From: Candidatus Bathyarchaeota archaeon
GTDB taxonomy: Archaea; Thermoproteota; Bathyarchaeia; Bathyarchaeales; Bathycorpusculaceae
Assembly (NCBI GenBank): GCA_963827165.1
Contig: CAWGZR010000005.1
Coordinates: 352,001 to 416,000, forward strand
Direction of reading: 5' to 3'
DNA length: 64,000 nt
The notes under the pieces were generated by a model, which saw only the letters and a program-made list of their open reading frames with translations, searched no databases and was not told where the DNA came from. Within the stretch, counting starts at the first letter, position 1. Each line of letters starts with the position of its first letter. A program made the position numbers and the translations under genes. Of this stretch, positions 49,767-60,379 are shown piece by piece.

Positions 49767-51185
49767 CTAGATGGTTTCGCAGCTGATGTATTTCTTGTTG
49801 ACTTCGTCAAGCCATGGATAAAGCGTGTGCAGTTTCTTCATTGATTCTTCTACTTTTTCAGCGGGGTAATTGTAGGGTTGGAGGTTGCCGCTGAAGTATT
49901 CATCGTAGGCTGCCATGTCGAAGTAGCCGTGTCCGCATAGTACGAACAGAATAGTTTTTGCTTCACCCGTCTTCTTGCACCGAAGTGCTTCGTCAACGAC
50001 TCCTTTGATCGCGTGGGACGGCTCAGGCGCGGGGATGATGCCTTCGGTTTGGATGAATAGTTTAGCCGCGTCGAAAACCTCTAGTTGGTTGAAGGCTTCT
50101 GTTGTCATCTTTTTCTCCTGCACTAAGAGGCTAATAACCGGAGAAATTCCGTGGTATCGTAACCCGCCGGCGTGTATGGGCGCAGGGATGAAGTCGTGGC
50201 CGATGGTGTGCATTGGAACAAGCGGCGTTAGTTTCGCAGTGTCGCCGTGGTCATACTGATAATATCCCTTAGTGACTTTGGGGCAAGCCGTAGCTTCAGT
50301 CGCGACGAACTTTGTCTCCTTAGGCGCCTTCTTTGAGACTTGGTCATAGTAGAAGGGCCACATCAACCCGTTAAAGCTGCTACCGCCTCCTATGCAACCG
50401 TAGACCACATCTGGGTAATCATCCACCATTTCAAGTTGCTTCTTAGCCTCTAAACCTTCAACAGTCTGATGCAAGCAAACGTGATTGAACACGCTTCCGA
50501 TTGCGTAGTTAGTCTCCTTCTCGTTGACAAGGGCATCTTCAACTGCTTCGCTGATGGCGATTCCTAGGCTGCCTTTGTTGTCGGGGTCTTCAGCAAGGAT
50601 TTTTCTTCCCGCTTCCGTCTTGTTGCTTGGACTGGCTATGCATTCTGCGCCAAATGCTTTCATCATCATCTTTCGATAAGGCTTTTGGTCATAACTTGCC
50701 CGCACCATGTAAACCGTGGCTTTAAGCCCAAAAGTCATGGCTGCAAACGCCAAAGCTGAACCCCACTGACCTGCGCCTGTTTCGGTGGACAAGCGTTCGG
50801 TGCCCTCTTTCATGTTGTAGTACGCTTGGGGGACTGCGGTGTTGGGTTTGTGGCTTCCAGCCGGGCTGACACCTTCATACTTGTAGTAGATTTTAGCCGG
50901 GGTCTTCAAGGCTTTTTCCAAATTTAACGCTCTGAAAAGCGGCGATGGACGCCAGATACGGTAAACTTCTCTGACTTCGTCGGGAACATCGATCCATCGC
51001 TCCTGGCTTATTTCTTGACCGATTATTTCTTTCGGAAAGATTCTTGGGACAATTCCGACGCCGGGCTGCTTCGTTGCGGGGTCAATAAATGGTGGAAGCG
51101 GCTTGGGCAGGTCGGGAACTATGTTGTACCATTTTTTCGGGATGTCTTCTTCTTGTAGGAATATTTTTTTCATTGTCGTGGGCAT
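49767..51185 (-). CDS. trpB2: TrpB2-type tryptophan synthase beta (TrpB-like PLP enzyme)
   Basis: [39 protein letters not shown] and PAPE. Confidence 0.93.
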   Translation of the reverse strand: MPTTMKKIFLQEEDIPKKWYNIVPDLPKPLPPFIDPATKQPGVGIVPRIFPKEIIGQEISQERWIDVPDEVREVYRIWRPSPLFRALNLEKALKTPAKIYYKYEGVSPAGSHKPNTAVPQAYYNMKEGTERLSTETGAGQWGSALAFAAMTFGLKATVYMVRASYDQKPYRKMMMKAFGAECIASPSNKTEAGRKILAEDPDNKGSLGIAISEAVEDALVNEKETNYAIGSVFNHVCLHQTVEGLEAKKQLEMVDDYPDVVYGCIGGGSSFNGLMWPFYYDQVSKKAPKETKFVATEATACPKVTKGYYQYDHGDTAKLTPLVPMHTIGHDFIPAPIHAGGLRYHGISPVISLLVQEKKMTTEAFNQLEVFDAAKLFIQTEGIIPAPEPSHAIKGVVDEALRCKKTGEAKTILFVLCGHGYFDMAAYDEYFSGNLQPYNYPAEKVEESMKKLHTLYPWLDEVNKKYISCETI

Positions 51186-51221
51186 ATTGTTTTCGTCCTT
51201 TTTTATTCTAAAGCAGTGAAG

Positions 51222-51267
51222 CGTACGTTTAAGTTTTATTTAAAACTTTTGTGTACTTATTTGTACC
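51222..51267. promoter_or_regulatory. TRP-box-like sites between divergent trpB2 and trpY
   Basis: TGTACT-N4-TGTACC at 51252-51267 and CGTACG at 51222. The known TrpY box is TGTACA. Confidence 0.6.
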
Positions 51268-51330
51268 TTAACGAGAATTATTCAACAACACATTTATACT
51301 CAAACAAACAAAACACTGAAGCGAAACAAC

Positions 51331-51834
51331 ATGTGGAACATGATAAAAAACCAACTGCAAGAATACCCCGAACGCCTTAAAGTAGCACGCGTCCTTATAG
51401 AAAACGGATTAAGCGTACAAAACAACAAAATATGCTTAAACCAAATCGAAATCCCCCCTGTGCGCGTTGCAAGAGCCGCCGGAGTCGACAGACGAACAGT
51501 AAACGAAACCCTACACACAATAGAAGCTGACAGTGAACTCAAACTGATTTTCGAAGAGATACGTCCAGCTGGACATTCCCTTAAAGAAATAGCTAAACAC
51601 CTAAACCTAGGAGTCTTAGAGATAACTCCAGTGAATGCAAGATCACCAGGAATCTTATCCAACGCGGCCATGACTCTGAACAGGGCGGGATTAAGCATAA
51701 GACAGGCAATCGTTGATGACCCGGAACTTTCCCCCGAGCCAAAACTTACCCTGATTGTGGAGAAAAAGATCCCAGGAGAATTGATCCCTGAACTGCTAAA
51801 GATTCAAGGAATAGCAAAAGTCGCAGTTTACTAA
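51331..51834 (+). CDS. trpY: ACT-domain amino-acid regulator (COG2150, TrpY-like)
   Basis: MW..I......YP....VA......GL, ARAAGVDRRTV, PGIL and ISIRQ-like LSIRQAIVDDPEL. Divergent from trpB2. Confidence 0.75.
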   Translation: MWNMIKNQLQEYPERLKVARVLIENGLSVQNNKICLNQIEIPPVRVARAAGVDRRTVNETLHTIEADSELKLIFEEIRPAGHSLKEIAKHLNLGVLEITPVNARSPGILSNAAMTLNRAGLSIRQAIVDDPELSPEPKLTLIVEKKIPGELIPELLKIQGIAKVAVY

Positions 51835-51985
51835 GCCACGGCTAAAAAAAACAAGAAAAGCCTGAAAAGTGGGAAAATGATGCAAAAATGGCTCGCCTAG
51901 GCTTAATCAGCATACCTACGCTAGAAAAACTTATATGGCTAGTAATATTTGTTGTTGTTCGCATTATAAATGGAGGTTACTTGAT

Positions 51986-53653
51986 TTGTCATCATTTCCA
52001 ACTCAAGCTGGCGGAGTACCTGTTCTGGTTATGAAAGAAGGCTCAAACAGGTCCCGCGGAAGAGAAGCGCAACACGGAAACATAACTGCCGCTAAAGTTG
52101 TGGCTGAAAGCGTTAGGAGCGCTTTAGGTCCCAAAGGCATGGATAAAATGTTAGTTGACAATTTTGGAGACACCACGATAACAAGTGACGGCCGCACAAT
52201 TTTGGATGAGATGGATGTCCAGCACCCGGCAGCCAAAATGCTTGTTGAAGTTGCCAAGGCACAGGACAATGAAGCAGGTGATGGAACTACATCCGCAGTG
52301 ATAATCGCGGGCGAGCTTCTTAGTAGGGCTGAAGAACTAATAGACAAAAACGTTCACCCAACAGTCATAATTGACGGCTACAGGAAGGCAGCTGAAAAAG
52401 CCCTTGAAACTCTTGAGAAAATAGCTCTGCCAGTTAACTTGAAATCACAGGATTTTCTGATAAAAGCCGCCACAACTTCCATGGGAAGCAAAATCGTTGC
52501 GGAACACAAGGATTACTTGGCGGATATAGCGGTTAAGGCAATGCTTGCAGTCGCCGAGAAACAAGGCGACGTTTACAAGGTAGATGTTGACGACGTGAAG
52601 GTTGAGAAGAAAACAGGCGAATCTCTCAGCGATACAACACTTATCAACGGCATAGTTTTAGACAAAGAAATTGTTCAATCAGGAATGCCTAAGCGAATGG
52701 AAAATGCAAAGATTGCATTGATGGATGCTTCTTTAGAGATTGAGAAAACCGAGTTAGACTCCAAAATAAATATTGAAAGCCCGGATATGATTGAAGCCTT
52801 CCTCAAAGAAGAAGAAACAATGCTAAGAGGCATGACAGACAAAATCTTGGCGTCAGGAGCAAACGTTGTAATATGCCAAAAAGGCATAGATGACATGGCG
52901 CAGCATTTCCTTTCAAGAAAAGGCATCATCGCCATTAGAAGAGCCAAGAAATCCGACATGGAAAAGTTGGCAAGAGCTACAGGTGGAAAAATAGTTTCAA
53001 GCATAAACGCTCTTTCGTCCTCAGACCTTGGCTACGCTGCTTTGGTTGAGGAGCGCAGAATCGGCGACGACAAGATGACTTTTGTTGAAGGCTGCAAGAA
53101 CCCCAAAGCAGTGACTATTTTGATCCGCGGCGCGACGCAACGCATGACCGCTGAAGCAGAACGCTCTATCCACGATGCACTTTGCGTTGTCAGAGACTTG
53201 ATTCAGGAGCCGAAAATTGTTGCTGGAGGAAGTGCACCAGAAATGGAGATGGCGGGAGTGCTTAGGAAGTATGCCGAAACGGTTTCGGGCAGAGAGCAGC
53301 TTGCAGTTAGAGTTTTCGCAGATGCCCTCGAAGCTATAACTGTAACGTTGGCTGAAAACGCGGGCTTAGACCCCATTAACATACTTGTAGAACTGAGAAC
53401 CAGACATGAAAAAGGAGAAACATGGGCTGGCATCGAGGTTCTAAGTGGAAAAGTACAGGATATGTCAAAAGCAAACATTTTCGAGCCGCTGTCAGTTAAG
53501 AAGCAGATAATCAAATCTGCGAACGAAGCAGCATGTATGATACTAAAGATTGACGACGTTATCGCTTCAGGCAAAATGAAGGGACCACCGCCAGGAGCCG
53601 CAGGCGGTATGGGAGGAATGGGCGGAGGATATCCAGGCGCTGGAGAGTATTAA
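51986..53653 (+). CDS. Thermosome (group II chaperonin) subunit
   Basis: [25 protein letters not shown] and a GGM tail. TTG start after GGAGG. Confidence 0.95.
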   Translation: MSSFPTQAGGVPVLVMKEGSNRSRGREAQHGNITAAKVVAESVRSALGPKGMDKMLVDNFGDTTITSDGRTILDEMDVQHPAAKMLVEVAKAQDNEAGDGTTSAVIIAGELLSRAEELIDKNVHPTVIIDGYRKAAEKALETLEKIALPVNLKSQDFLIKAATTSMGSKIVAEHKDYLADIAVKAMLAVAEKQGDVYKVDVDDVKVEKKTGESLSDTTLINGIVLDKEIVQSGMPKRMENAKIALMDASLEIEKTELDSKINIESPDMIEAFLKEEETMLRGMTDKILASGANVVICQKGIDDMAQHFLSRKGIIAIRRAKKSDMEKLARATGGKIVSSINALSSSDLGYAALVEERRIGDDKMTFVEGCKNPKAVTILIRGATQRMTAEAERSIHDALCVVRDLIQEPKIVAGGSAPEMEMAGVLRKYAETVSGREQLAVRVFADALEAITVTLAENAGLDPINILVELRTRHEKGETWAGIEVLSGKVQDMSKANIFEPLSVKKQIIKSANEAACMILKIDDVIASGKMKGPPPGAAGGMGGMGGGYPGAGEY

Positions 53654-53656
53654 AAA

Positions 53657-53899
53657 ACGTCAGAACAAAAAATAAATGTTGGACCACCGAAAATTACTCG
53701 CTTCGAGAAAGCAAGAATAGTTGGAGCTAGAGCTCTTCAAATCTCAATGGGAGCACCGATTTTGGTGGATGCAAGTGAAAATACTAACCCGATAGATATA
53801 GCGTTAAAAGAACTTGATGCGTCAATACTGCCGATAACTATTAGGCGGACATTGCCCGACGGAACCTTCCAAGACATACCGCTAAAATGGCTAACTTAG
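53657..53899 (+). CDS. rpo6: DNA-directed RNA polymerase subunit Rpo6 (K), absent from the ORF track; apparent ACG start
   Basis: (M)[35 protein letters not shown]...PIDIALKEL....LPITIRR.LPDG. Confidence 0.92.
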   Translation, partial: TSEQKINVGPPKITRFEKARIVGARALQISMGAPILVDASENTNPIDIALKELDASILPITIRRTLPDGTFQDIPLKWLT

Positions 53900-53901
53900 T
53901 C

Positions 53902-54390
53902 TCAACTTTTTTCTTTTAGTTTTTCAAGTTCCGTTTTTGCCTCACAAAGTGTTCTATTGATTTGTTTCCAGTGTGCTCCTTGCCAATAGGTTTGCCCGCA
54001 GTTTGGGCACTTCCAGAACTTTTCGTAGTAAGTGAATGTGGTCTTCTGCAGTTCATCCAAAAGCTGTTCTTTCGAAGTAGCCTTAAGCTTGCCATTGCAA
54101 AGGGGGCAGAAGGATTTTTCCATATCAGCCTCTAAAGTTAACTCATACCTTGCGGCTACTTCCCCCAAGCGTTCAGGTTCGGATTTGCCTTCGACAAAAA
54201 GAGCTTCGATACCCGTGACGGCGGCGTGTCTGTAAAGCTCCAAATCTCTGGTCAGTAAAACTCGTGTTTCTTTCTTTGCCAAATCAAGAAGCGCGTTGTC
54301 ATCGAGTTCAATGTTGTAGACTACGTCCTGTCCCAATATGCGTAGCCAACGTGCAAGTTTTCCCAACATACTGTCAGCTAAGAACTTCAC
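53902..54390 (-). CDS. Mut7-C RNase (PIN-like, DUF82) protein
   Basis: FLADSMLGKLARWLRILG.D, LLTRD and CPLCN...CPNCGQTYWQGAH. Confidence 0.92.
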   Translation of the reverse strand: MKFLADSMLGKLARWLRILGQDVVYNIELDDNALLDLAKKETRVLLTRDLELYRHAAVTGIEALFVEGKSEPERLGEVAARYELTLEADMEKSFCPLCNGKLKATSKEQLLDELQKTTFTYYEKFWKCPNCGQTYWQGAHWKQINRTLCEAKTELEKLKEKS

Positions 54391-55733
54391 GTGTTGCCTC
54401 TCCGAACAAGAGAGCCACTGCCCGCTTTCGCCACTATTTCGCCTTCATCAAAAACTAATTGACCGTCAACGAAGGTTTTCTGAGGTTTGCCCTGCACTTC
54501 CCACCCGTCATATGGAGAAAACTTTGCTTTAGACTTGAATTTTGAGGCGTCAATCTTAAATTTGCTGCTAAAATCTACGACGGTTAGGTCGGCGCGCGTT
54601 CCGGGCTCTAATCGACCGCGGTCGCTTAAGCCAAAGATTTCTGCGGGTTTCTCTGCCAAAAACGTCATTGCTTGACTTAAAGACAATCGGTTCTTCCTTA
54701 CCGCTGTAAGAATAAGGGGCAAAGTTGTTTCTAACCCTGGAACCCCGACTTTGACATCCCAAACGTTACTCGCTAACTTCTCTTCTAAAGTGTGAGGTGC
54801 ATGGTCGGACCCCAAAGAATCAACCAATCCTGCCTCTATACCCTTCCATAAAGCTTCAACTTGGTCTATGCTGCGAAGCGGCGGCGCCATGATCAAGAGG
54901 TGCCCAAGACGTACCAAGTCAGCTGTTGACATAAGAAGGTGATTTGGAGTTACTTCGCAGGTTAATTTTCTACCTGCCTTCTTCGCCTCAGCAATGGCGT
55001 CCAAACCCGCTTTGGTCGAGACGTGACAGAAATGCAGGCGCACGCCTGTTGGCTCACTTATCTTCAGCATTCGTTCGATGGCTTTTGCTTCAACCGCTTC
55101 GGAATGAGCGCTTTGGAAAGCCGCGGCGCTGTTTTTTTTGGCTTGCTTTAGTTTGTTCTCGTTGAGTGTAAGCAGATCTTTGTCTTCAGCATGGACGGCC
55201 ACAGGCACATTCAAAGACGCAACTGAATTGAAAGCTTCCTTCAGACCTTCATCGTCGTCAACGTTTACTCCACCTACCTGGCTGCCCAAAAATAGTTTGA
55301 AACCGACCGCGCCTTCAGCAACAATACCTTGAGTTTCCTCAACCTTATGCGGGAGCTCAGAGTAGAAGCCAACGTTAACCAAGATTCTTCTTTGGGCCAA
55401 ATCCATGCGGTTTTTCAGAGTGTCAACGCTCATAGTAACTGGTTGGTTGTTAGGCATATCCAGAACGGTGGTGAAGCCTCCTGCAGCTGCGGCAGCAGTT
55501 CCCGTCTGGAAATCTTCTTTGTAAGCTTTTCCCTCGTCACGCAGATGCACATGCGCGTCAATCAAACCGGGAAGAACTAGGTGGCTTTTCACGTTGGTTT
55601 TTTCGTCGGCGCTGGGCATTTGGGTTTCTTTACCGATTTTGAAGATTTTGCCTTCTTCAATAGCTATGCTGCAATCGACGATTTCCCCGTTTAGGTAAGC
55701 TTTGACGTTTGACAGAACGAAATCCACAATCAA
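54387..55733 (-). CDS. pyrC: Dihydroorotase (cyclic amidohydrolase)
   Basis: PGLIDAHVHLR, DMPN, VHAED, HFCHVST, PPLR and SDHAPH. Confidence 0.85.
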   Translation of the reverse strand: MIVDFVLSNVKAYLNGEIVDCSIAIEEGKIFKIGKETQMPSADEKTNVKSHLVLPGLIDAHVHLRDEGKAYKEDFQTGTAAAAAGGFTTVLDMPNNQPVTMSVDTLKNRMDLAQRRILVNVGFYSELPHKVEETQGIVAEGAVGFKLFLGSQVGGVNVDDDEGLKEAFNSVASLNVPVAVHAEDKDLLTLNENKLKQAKKNSAAAFQSAHSEAVEAKAIERMLKISEPTGVRLHFCHVSTKAGLDAIAEAKKAGRKLTCEVTPNHLLMSTADLVRLGHLLIMAPPLRSIDQVEALWKGIEAGLVDSLGSDHAPHTLEEKLASNVWDVKVGVPGLETTLPLILTAVRKNRLSLSQAMTFLAEKPAEIFGLSDRGRLEPGTRADLTVVDFSSKFKIDASKFKSKAKFSPYDGWEVQGKPQKTFVDGQLVFDEGEIVAKAGSGSLVRRGNT

Positions 55734-55863
55734 GCTGGTTCACGATTTATTGAATAGCGGATGGTTTGGTTAAAAGCTTATCTTGGTCACCCGTGGACGG
55801 TAAGAAATCGGCGGAATTTAGCAAAACCCTTAACTTTTCTCTTGTTAAGATTAATTCCAAATT

Positions 55864-56107
55864 GGGGGCTTGACTGTTTTTTCACGAAAGTCTGACGGAG
55901 TCTTTTCAAAACTTTTTCTTTTTGTCTTAAGGTTTGCCGTGTACTCGAAGTCTTCCGTTTTGACTATGACCGCGTTATCCTTATACGGTTTAATCAGAGG
56001 CGTAGCGTGTGTCCCCAGAAAAAGGGCAAGCTCCGTTAAAAGCCTGCTACGTTACGGCGTTGATGTTCTTCATCATGGATTAGGGTAAACCCAAACGTGA
56101 CGGCCCC
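55864..56107 (+). ncRNA. Candidate ~245-nt structured RNA
   Basis: End-closing helices GGGGCT/GGCCCC and TCACG/CGTGA; 55893-55904/56028-56038; 55912-55919/56017-56024; 55936-55943/55982-55989; crossing helix 56001-56007/56045-56051. BRE/TATA-like AAAACCCTTAAC at about 55823. Confidence 0.45.
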
Positions 56108-56146
56108 GATTTTCGTTGTAAAAACAAATGGTACATTTGTCAGAAC

Positions 56147-56725
56147 TTATTTTTCTTCTTCCAGTTCAACGCGGCATTCGTCGCATATGTTTTGTCCGTT
56201 TCGTTCCTTGAGGCTTTCAGAGTAAATGTTGCAGCGATCACAATATCCTGAGAGTGGAACGTCCTCGCCTTCCTCCGTGCGGGCCTCGCCTTCGATACGG
56301 GATCTTTCCAGAATTATTTCTATTAGCTCAGGCATCACGCCTAAGACGTCCTTGCTTGTTATGATGCCGACAAGGTTGCCTTTGTAGATAACGCCGAGCC
56401 TCCTGACATCTAGCCGATTCATTCTTCGAGCTGCTTCGCTAATTGTTGCGTCAGGTTCAATGGTGACCAAGGGGGTGGTCATGATTTCCTTTGCTTTCAC
56501 ACTGTCCGGCTTAAGGTTTTTTGATAGAACCCTGATCACCAAGTCGCGTTCAGTGATTATTCCTATTGATTTTCCAGCCTTGTTGGTGATTATCACGCAG
56601 CCTAAATCGTTCTTGTCCATAGCGGCGGCAGCCAAGTTAGAAGCGGCATTCTCATCCATCGTTATAACAGGACTACTCATAATGTCGCGCACCAGCATTT
56701 TCGTTCTCAATCCGATTTCAGACAT
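56147..56725 (-). CDS. Tandem CBS-domain protein with C-terminal Zn ribbon
   Basis: VRDIMSSPVIT...GIITERD...IMTTPLVT, and GYCDRC...ICDEC. Confidence 0.9.
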   Translation of the reverse strand: MSEIGLRTKMLVRDIMSSPVITMDENAASNLAAAAMDKNDLGCVIITNKAGKSIGIITERDLVIRVLSKNLKPDSVKAKEIMTTPLVTIEPDATISEAARRMNRLDVRRLGVIYKGNLVGIITSKDVLGVMPELIEIILERSRIEGEARTEEGEDVPLSGYCDRCNIYSESLKERNGQNICDECRVELEEEK

Positions 56726-56877
56726 GTAAATTTTCACTTCCGACAATTTAGGAGGCTATACTTCCAATGCAACAATAAAGAGACGCATAATTTAAGATTT
56801 GCTTAGGGCGAAACTTACGTCTGGAAGTTTTATTAGCCACTTCCACAGATAGGCATAATGCCCGATGGGAACTGTTT

Positions 56878-57765
56878 ATGCTGAAAACTAACGCTGATAA
56901 ACTCATAAAAGTGTCAGTAATGGGGGAGATAGCTAGCCCAACCATCAGATCAATCTACAACGTCTCCGCAACGGGGCAACCGCTTGTGCTGCCTGGTGTA
57001 GGCGGCATAACCTATAATCTAAGAGTTGGGGACCCAGCGTGCGGTTGGGAAGCAGACCATGTGGAACCCGGAGTCAGCGTGGAGAACAAGGAAAACGATG
57101 CCCGGTCGGGCCAAGCTGCTAACACAGCGTTCAACGTGCTGTCTTGCGTGGGAAATGAAGCCATTGCAGTTAATGGTGACGGCAAAGGCGCCAGAGGAAC
57201 AGTCACGGGAAAACACGGCGGAATCGAGCATGTGCTTGTTGATTTTCCCTCAGGCATTTTAGACAAGCTTGTTATCGGAGACAGGATCATTGTGAAAGCT
57301 TTCGGCACCGGTTTGAAACTGTTGGATTTCCCCGAAATCAAAATCTTTAACATGGATCCTGTTTTGCTCGCGGCTTGTGATCCGCAGCCGAAAGAGGACA
57401 AACTTGTAGTGCCTGTTACGCATGTTGTTCCAGCTGCAATCATGGGTTCAGGCTTGGGCGCAAACCAGGTCAACTCAGGAGACTATGACATTCAATTGTT
57501 CGATAAAGCAGTCGTTGATCAATACGGGTTGGAAACCTTAAGACTTGGCGACTTGGTAGCCATTGTTGACGCAGACCATTCATTCGGGAGAATCTACCGT
57601 CAAGGCGCAGTTTCAGTAGGCGTAGTCATTCACTCGAACTGCATCACGGCGGGGCATGGTCCTGGAGTTACAACTTTGATGACATCTCCGAGTGGAAAAA
57701 TTGTTCCTTCGGTAACTCGGGAAGCGAACGTCGCTTCGCTCTTAAAATTAAGAGCAGATATATAA
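56878..57765 (+). CDS. DUF4438 family protein
   Basis: GGITYN..VGD...W..DHVEPGVS, GKHGG.EH, GDYDI and GHGPG. Confidence 0.85.
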   Translation: MLKTNADKLIKVSVMGEIASPTIRSIYNVSATGQPLVLPGVGGITYNLRVGDPACGWEADHVEPGVSVENKENDARSGQAANTAFNVLSCVGNEAIAVNGDGKGARGTVTGKHGGIEHVLVDFPSGILDKLVIGDRIIVKAFGTGLKLLDFPEIKIFNMDPVLLAACDPQPKEDKLVVPVTHVVPAAIMGSGLGANQVNSGDYDIQLFDKAVVDQYGLETLRLGDLVAIVDADHSFGRIYRQGAVSVGVVIHSNCITAGHGPGVTTLMTSPSGKIVPSVTREANVASLLKLRADI

Positions 57766-57816
57766 GATAGTTTAAACCATAATGTGAAAAATAGAAGAGT
57801 AAGAGGTAAAAAATAA

Positions 57817-58110
57817 TTGCCATCTAAACGAAAAAGCCGAGGAAGATCAAAAGGAAGCAAAGGAAGCGGAAGCCTTGTACAATGCGCAAACTGCGGAGCA
57901 CAGGTGCCACGTGACAAGGCAAAGAGATCTACTCGCCGTGTGTCGTTTGTTGAACCTCAGTTAGCTAAGGAACTTAGGCAAAAGGGCACTTTTCTTGCTT
58001 CATGGGTAGACACAAAATACTACTGCATATCGTGCGCCGTCCACCGCGGAATAGTCAATGTACGGGCAGAAAGCGAACGTCATTCACGAGCCCCCCGAAG
58101 AAGATACTAA
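57817..58110 (+). CDS. rps26e: 30S ribosomal protein S26e
   Basis: MPSKRKSRGR..G...VQC.NCG..VPRDKA...YCISCAVH..IV.VR. Confidence 0.95.
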   Translation: MPSKRKSRGRSKGSKGSGSLVQCANCGAQVPRDKAKRSTRRVSFVEPQLAKELRQKGTFLASWVDTKYYCISCAVHRGIVNVRAESERHSRAPRRRY

Positions 58111-58114
58111 ATAA

Positions 58115-58741
58115 CTAAACTGCTTTTTTCTTTAATTCCTTGTAGACATACAAGGCTCTTTGTATAACGGTAAAGTTTGAAAGCACCGCCAACAAAGCTA
58201 CGCCATAACCCAACGCGGGCAACCAGAAAAACGCGATTATGCTGACGGCGGCCAAGATAAGCATGCGTTCTGCCCGTTCAGCGAGACCTATCGACTCCAT
58301 TTTTAATCCAGCAGCTTCAGCCCTTGCTCTACTGTAGCTCACCAGCAAAGAACCCGCTAAAGCCGCCAAAACCCAAATGGAACCCCAAGGCGCAGGCCAA
58401 GCATGATTGCAGAGCCCGGCGATCAATATTGCGGCAAAAACTATGGCGTCAGCGTACCTGTCGAGAACAGAGTCAAAAAAGCCGCCGAAAACGGTAACTT
58501 GCTGGAAAGTGCGAGCTATTATTCCGTCAAGCGTGTCACAAAAACCTGAAGCCAGAAGGAATGCTGTTGCCAAAAGTAAGAGCCAATAGGCGTTTTGAGC
58601 TAATCCATACGCAACGGCTGATGCGAAAGCGAGGATGAACCCAACCAAGCTTACTTTGTTGGGAGTTAAACCTATTTTATGAGCCGCTTTTGCCTCCGAA
58701 GTCAGCATTTCTTGAACTTTCTTTTTTAGTTTAGTAAGCAA
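58115..58741 (-). CDS. CDP-alcohol phosphatidyltransferase (archaetidylinositol-phosphate synthase-like)
   Basis: TPN, DTLDG.IAR......FG..FDSVLDRYAD, SYSRARAE and ERAER. Confidence 0.9.
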   Translation of the reverse strand: MLTKLKKKVQEMLTSEAKAAHKIGLTPNKVSLVGFILAFASAVAYGLAQNAYWLLLLATAFLLASGFCDTLDGIIARTFQQVTVFGGFFDSVLDRYADAIVFAAILIAGLCNHAWPAPWGSIWVLAALAGSLLVSYSRARAEAAGLKMESIGLAERAERMLILAAVSIIAFFWLPALGYGVALLAVLSNFTVIQRALYVYKELKKKAV

Positions 58742-59039
58742 GGAGGTACTCTCAGCCCTGAAGGGTGTTAATGCTCATTATGGATTGGCTGTAGAAAAGC
58801 CTTTCCCGTTGCTCGGGGCTAAAGTGATATACCGCTTTTTTTGTACATTAAAGTGTTCTATTCAATCACCTTTTTTGGAAAAATCAAAAATCATCAACAT
58901 CAAGAAGGTCGGCGATGAACATTTCTTTTGCCTTCTCGCCAAACCTCGCCCCGTGTATCATATCCCTTTTGGGCTTGTTTTCTGCATGGCAAGGTTAAAT
59001 AGCAGAATTCCTTAAGGTAGGAATTTGCGAGTGAAGGCA

Positions 59040-60329
59040 ATGTTAGATATCAAGCTTATCCGAGAGACCCCAGAACTGGTAAAAAACAATCTTGCGAAAC
59101 GCGGCAACCCTCAGTGCATTCAGATGCTGGAAGACTTGATTGCCCTTGACAAAGAGTGGCGGCTAAGCCTTACTAAGCTCAACGATATGCGTCACGAACG
59201 AAAACAAATAACTACAGAAATTGCGAAGCTGAAAAAAGCTGGGAAAGAAGCTGATGACGAAGTTCACCGGGCACAGGACGTTGACGTAAAAATAGGAATA
59301 ATCGAAAAACAAGTTGCCGAGCAAGAACAGAAAACCCACAGCTATCTAATGCAGCTCCCGAACCTACTCGACGAGACTGTCCCGTTTGGAAAGGACGACA
59401 AAGACAATGTGCAGGTTAAAACTTGGGGAACTATCCCGACTTTTACGTTTCCAGTAAAAAACCACATTGATTTGGCTTTGGCACTAGATCAGATTGACAT
59501 GGAGCGCGCCGGAAAAATTTCAGGAGCCAGATTCTTCTATCTTAAAAACCAAGTTGCCATGCTGGATATGGCTTTGATGAGCCTTGCAATTGAAGAGCTA
59601 TCTAAGAAAGGTTTCACAGCGATCGTCCCACCTTACTTGATGACCCGCGAAGCATATGAGGGGGTAACGGCAATGGGAGATTTCGCCGACGTGCTCTACA
59701 AAGTGGAAAATGAAGACCTCTATTTGATTGCGACCTCTGAACATCCGATGGCTGCAATGTACATGAATGAAGTTCTCAAAGAGCAGGAGATGCCCTTAAA
59801 ACTCGCGGGAATAAGCACTTGCTTTAGGAAAGAGGCTGGATCCCACGGCAGAGATACAAGAGGCATATTTCGCACTCACCAATTTAACAAAATTGAGCAG
59901 TTCGTCTTTTGCAAACCAGAAGACTCAGCCAAACTGCATGATGAACTGCTCCAAAATGCTGAGGAATTGCTTCAAAAGCTTGAGCTAGCTTACCGGGTCG
60001 TTAACGTTTGCACAGGCGATATCGGAACCGTAGCCGCCAAGAAATATGATATTGAGGCGTGGATGCCAGCGCAGAACGGGTATAGAGAAGTCGTATCCTG
60101 CAGCAACTGTACAGATTACCAAGCAAGACGCTTAGGAATCCGTTACCGCGAAAAAGAAGGCGCCGCCCCGAAGGGGTTTGTGCACACCTTGAACTCGACA
60201 GCCGTGGCTACGGGGAGAACTATTGTTGCATTGATTGAAAACAATCAGCAAGAAGACGGCACAATAAAAATACCACTCGCCCTGCGGAAGTATATGGGTA
60301 ACAGAGAGAAAATTGACAAGAAACCATAA
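59040..60329 (+). CDS. serS: Serine--tRNA ligase (standard type)
   Basis: MLDIKLIRE, TSEHP, CFRKEAG, HQFNKIEQF, EVVSCSNCTDYQARRL and HTLNST. Confidence 0.96.
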   Translation: MLDIKLIRETPELVKNNLAKRGNPQCIQMLEDLIALDKEWRLSLTKLNDMRHERKQITTEIAKLKKAGKEADDEVHRAQDVDVKIGIIEKQVAEQEQKTHSYLMQLPNLLDETVPFGKDDKDNVQVKTWGTIPTFTFPVKNHIDLALALDQIDMERAGKISGARFFYLKNQVAMLDMALMSLAIEELSKKGFTAIVPPYLMTREAYEGVTAMGDFADVLYKVENEDLYLIATSEHPMAAMYMNEVLKEQEMPLKLAGISTCFRKEAGSHGRDTRGIFRTHQFNKIEQFVFCKPEDSAKLHDELLQNAEELLQKLELAYRVVNVCTGDIGTVAAKKYDIEAWMPAQNGYREVVSCSNCTDYQARRLGIRYREKEGAAPKGFVHTLNSTAVATGRTIVALIENNQQEDGTIKIPLALRKYMGNREKIDKKP

Positions 60330-60379
60330 ACCTTTTAATATTTCTCTGAGAATCTTGATGCGCGTTCGGAGAAATAACT

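Noticed and set aside
53581-53640. GGM-type repeat at the thermosome 3' end
   Set aside because: This is the ordinary chaperonin C-terminal tail.
55864-56150. Assignment as RNase P RNA, tmRNA, SRP RNA or group I intron
   Set aside because: Only partial look-alikes are present (GAAAGTC, GGGGC ends, ATAGTC). Their order and conserved cores do not fit.
58884-58961. 25-aa minus-strand ORF MIHGARFGEKAKEMFIADLLDVDDF
   Set aside because: Too short, with no independent support.
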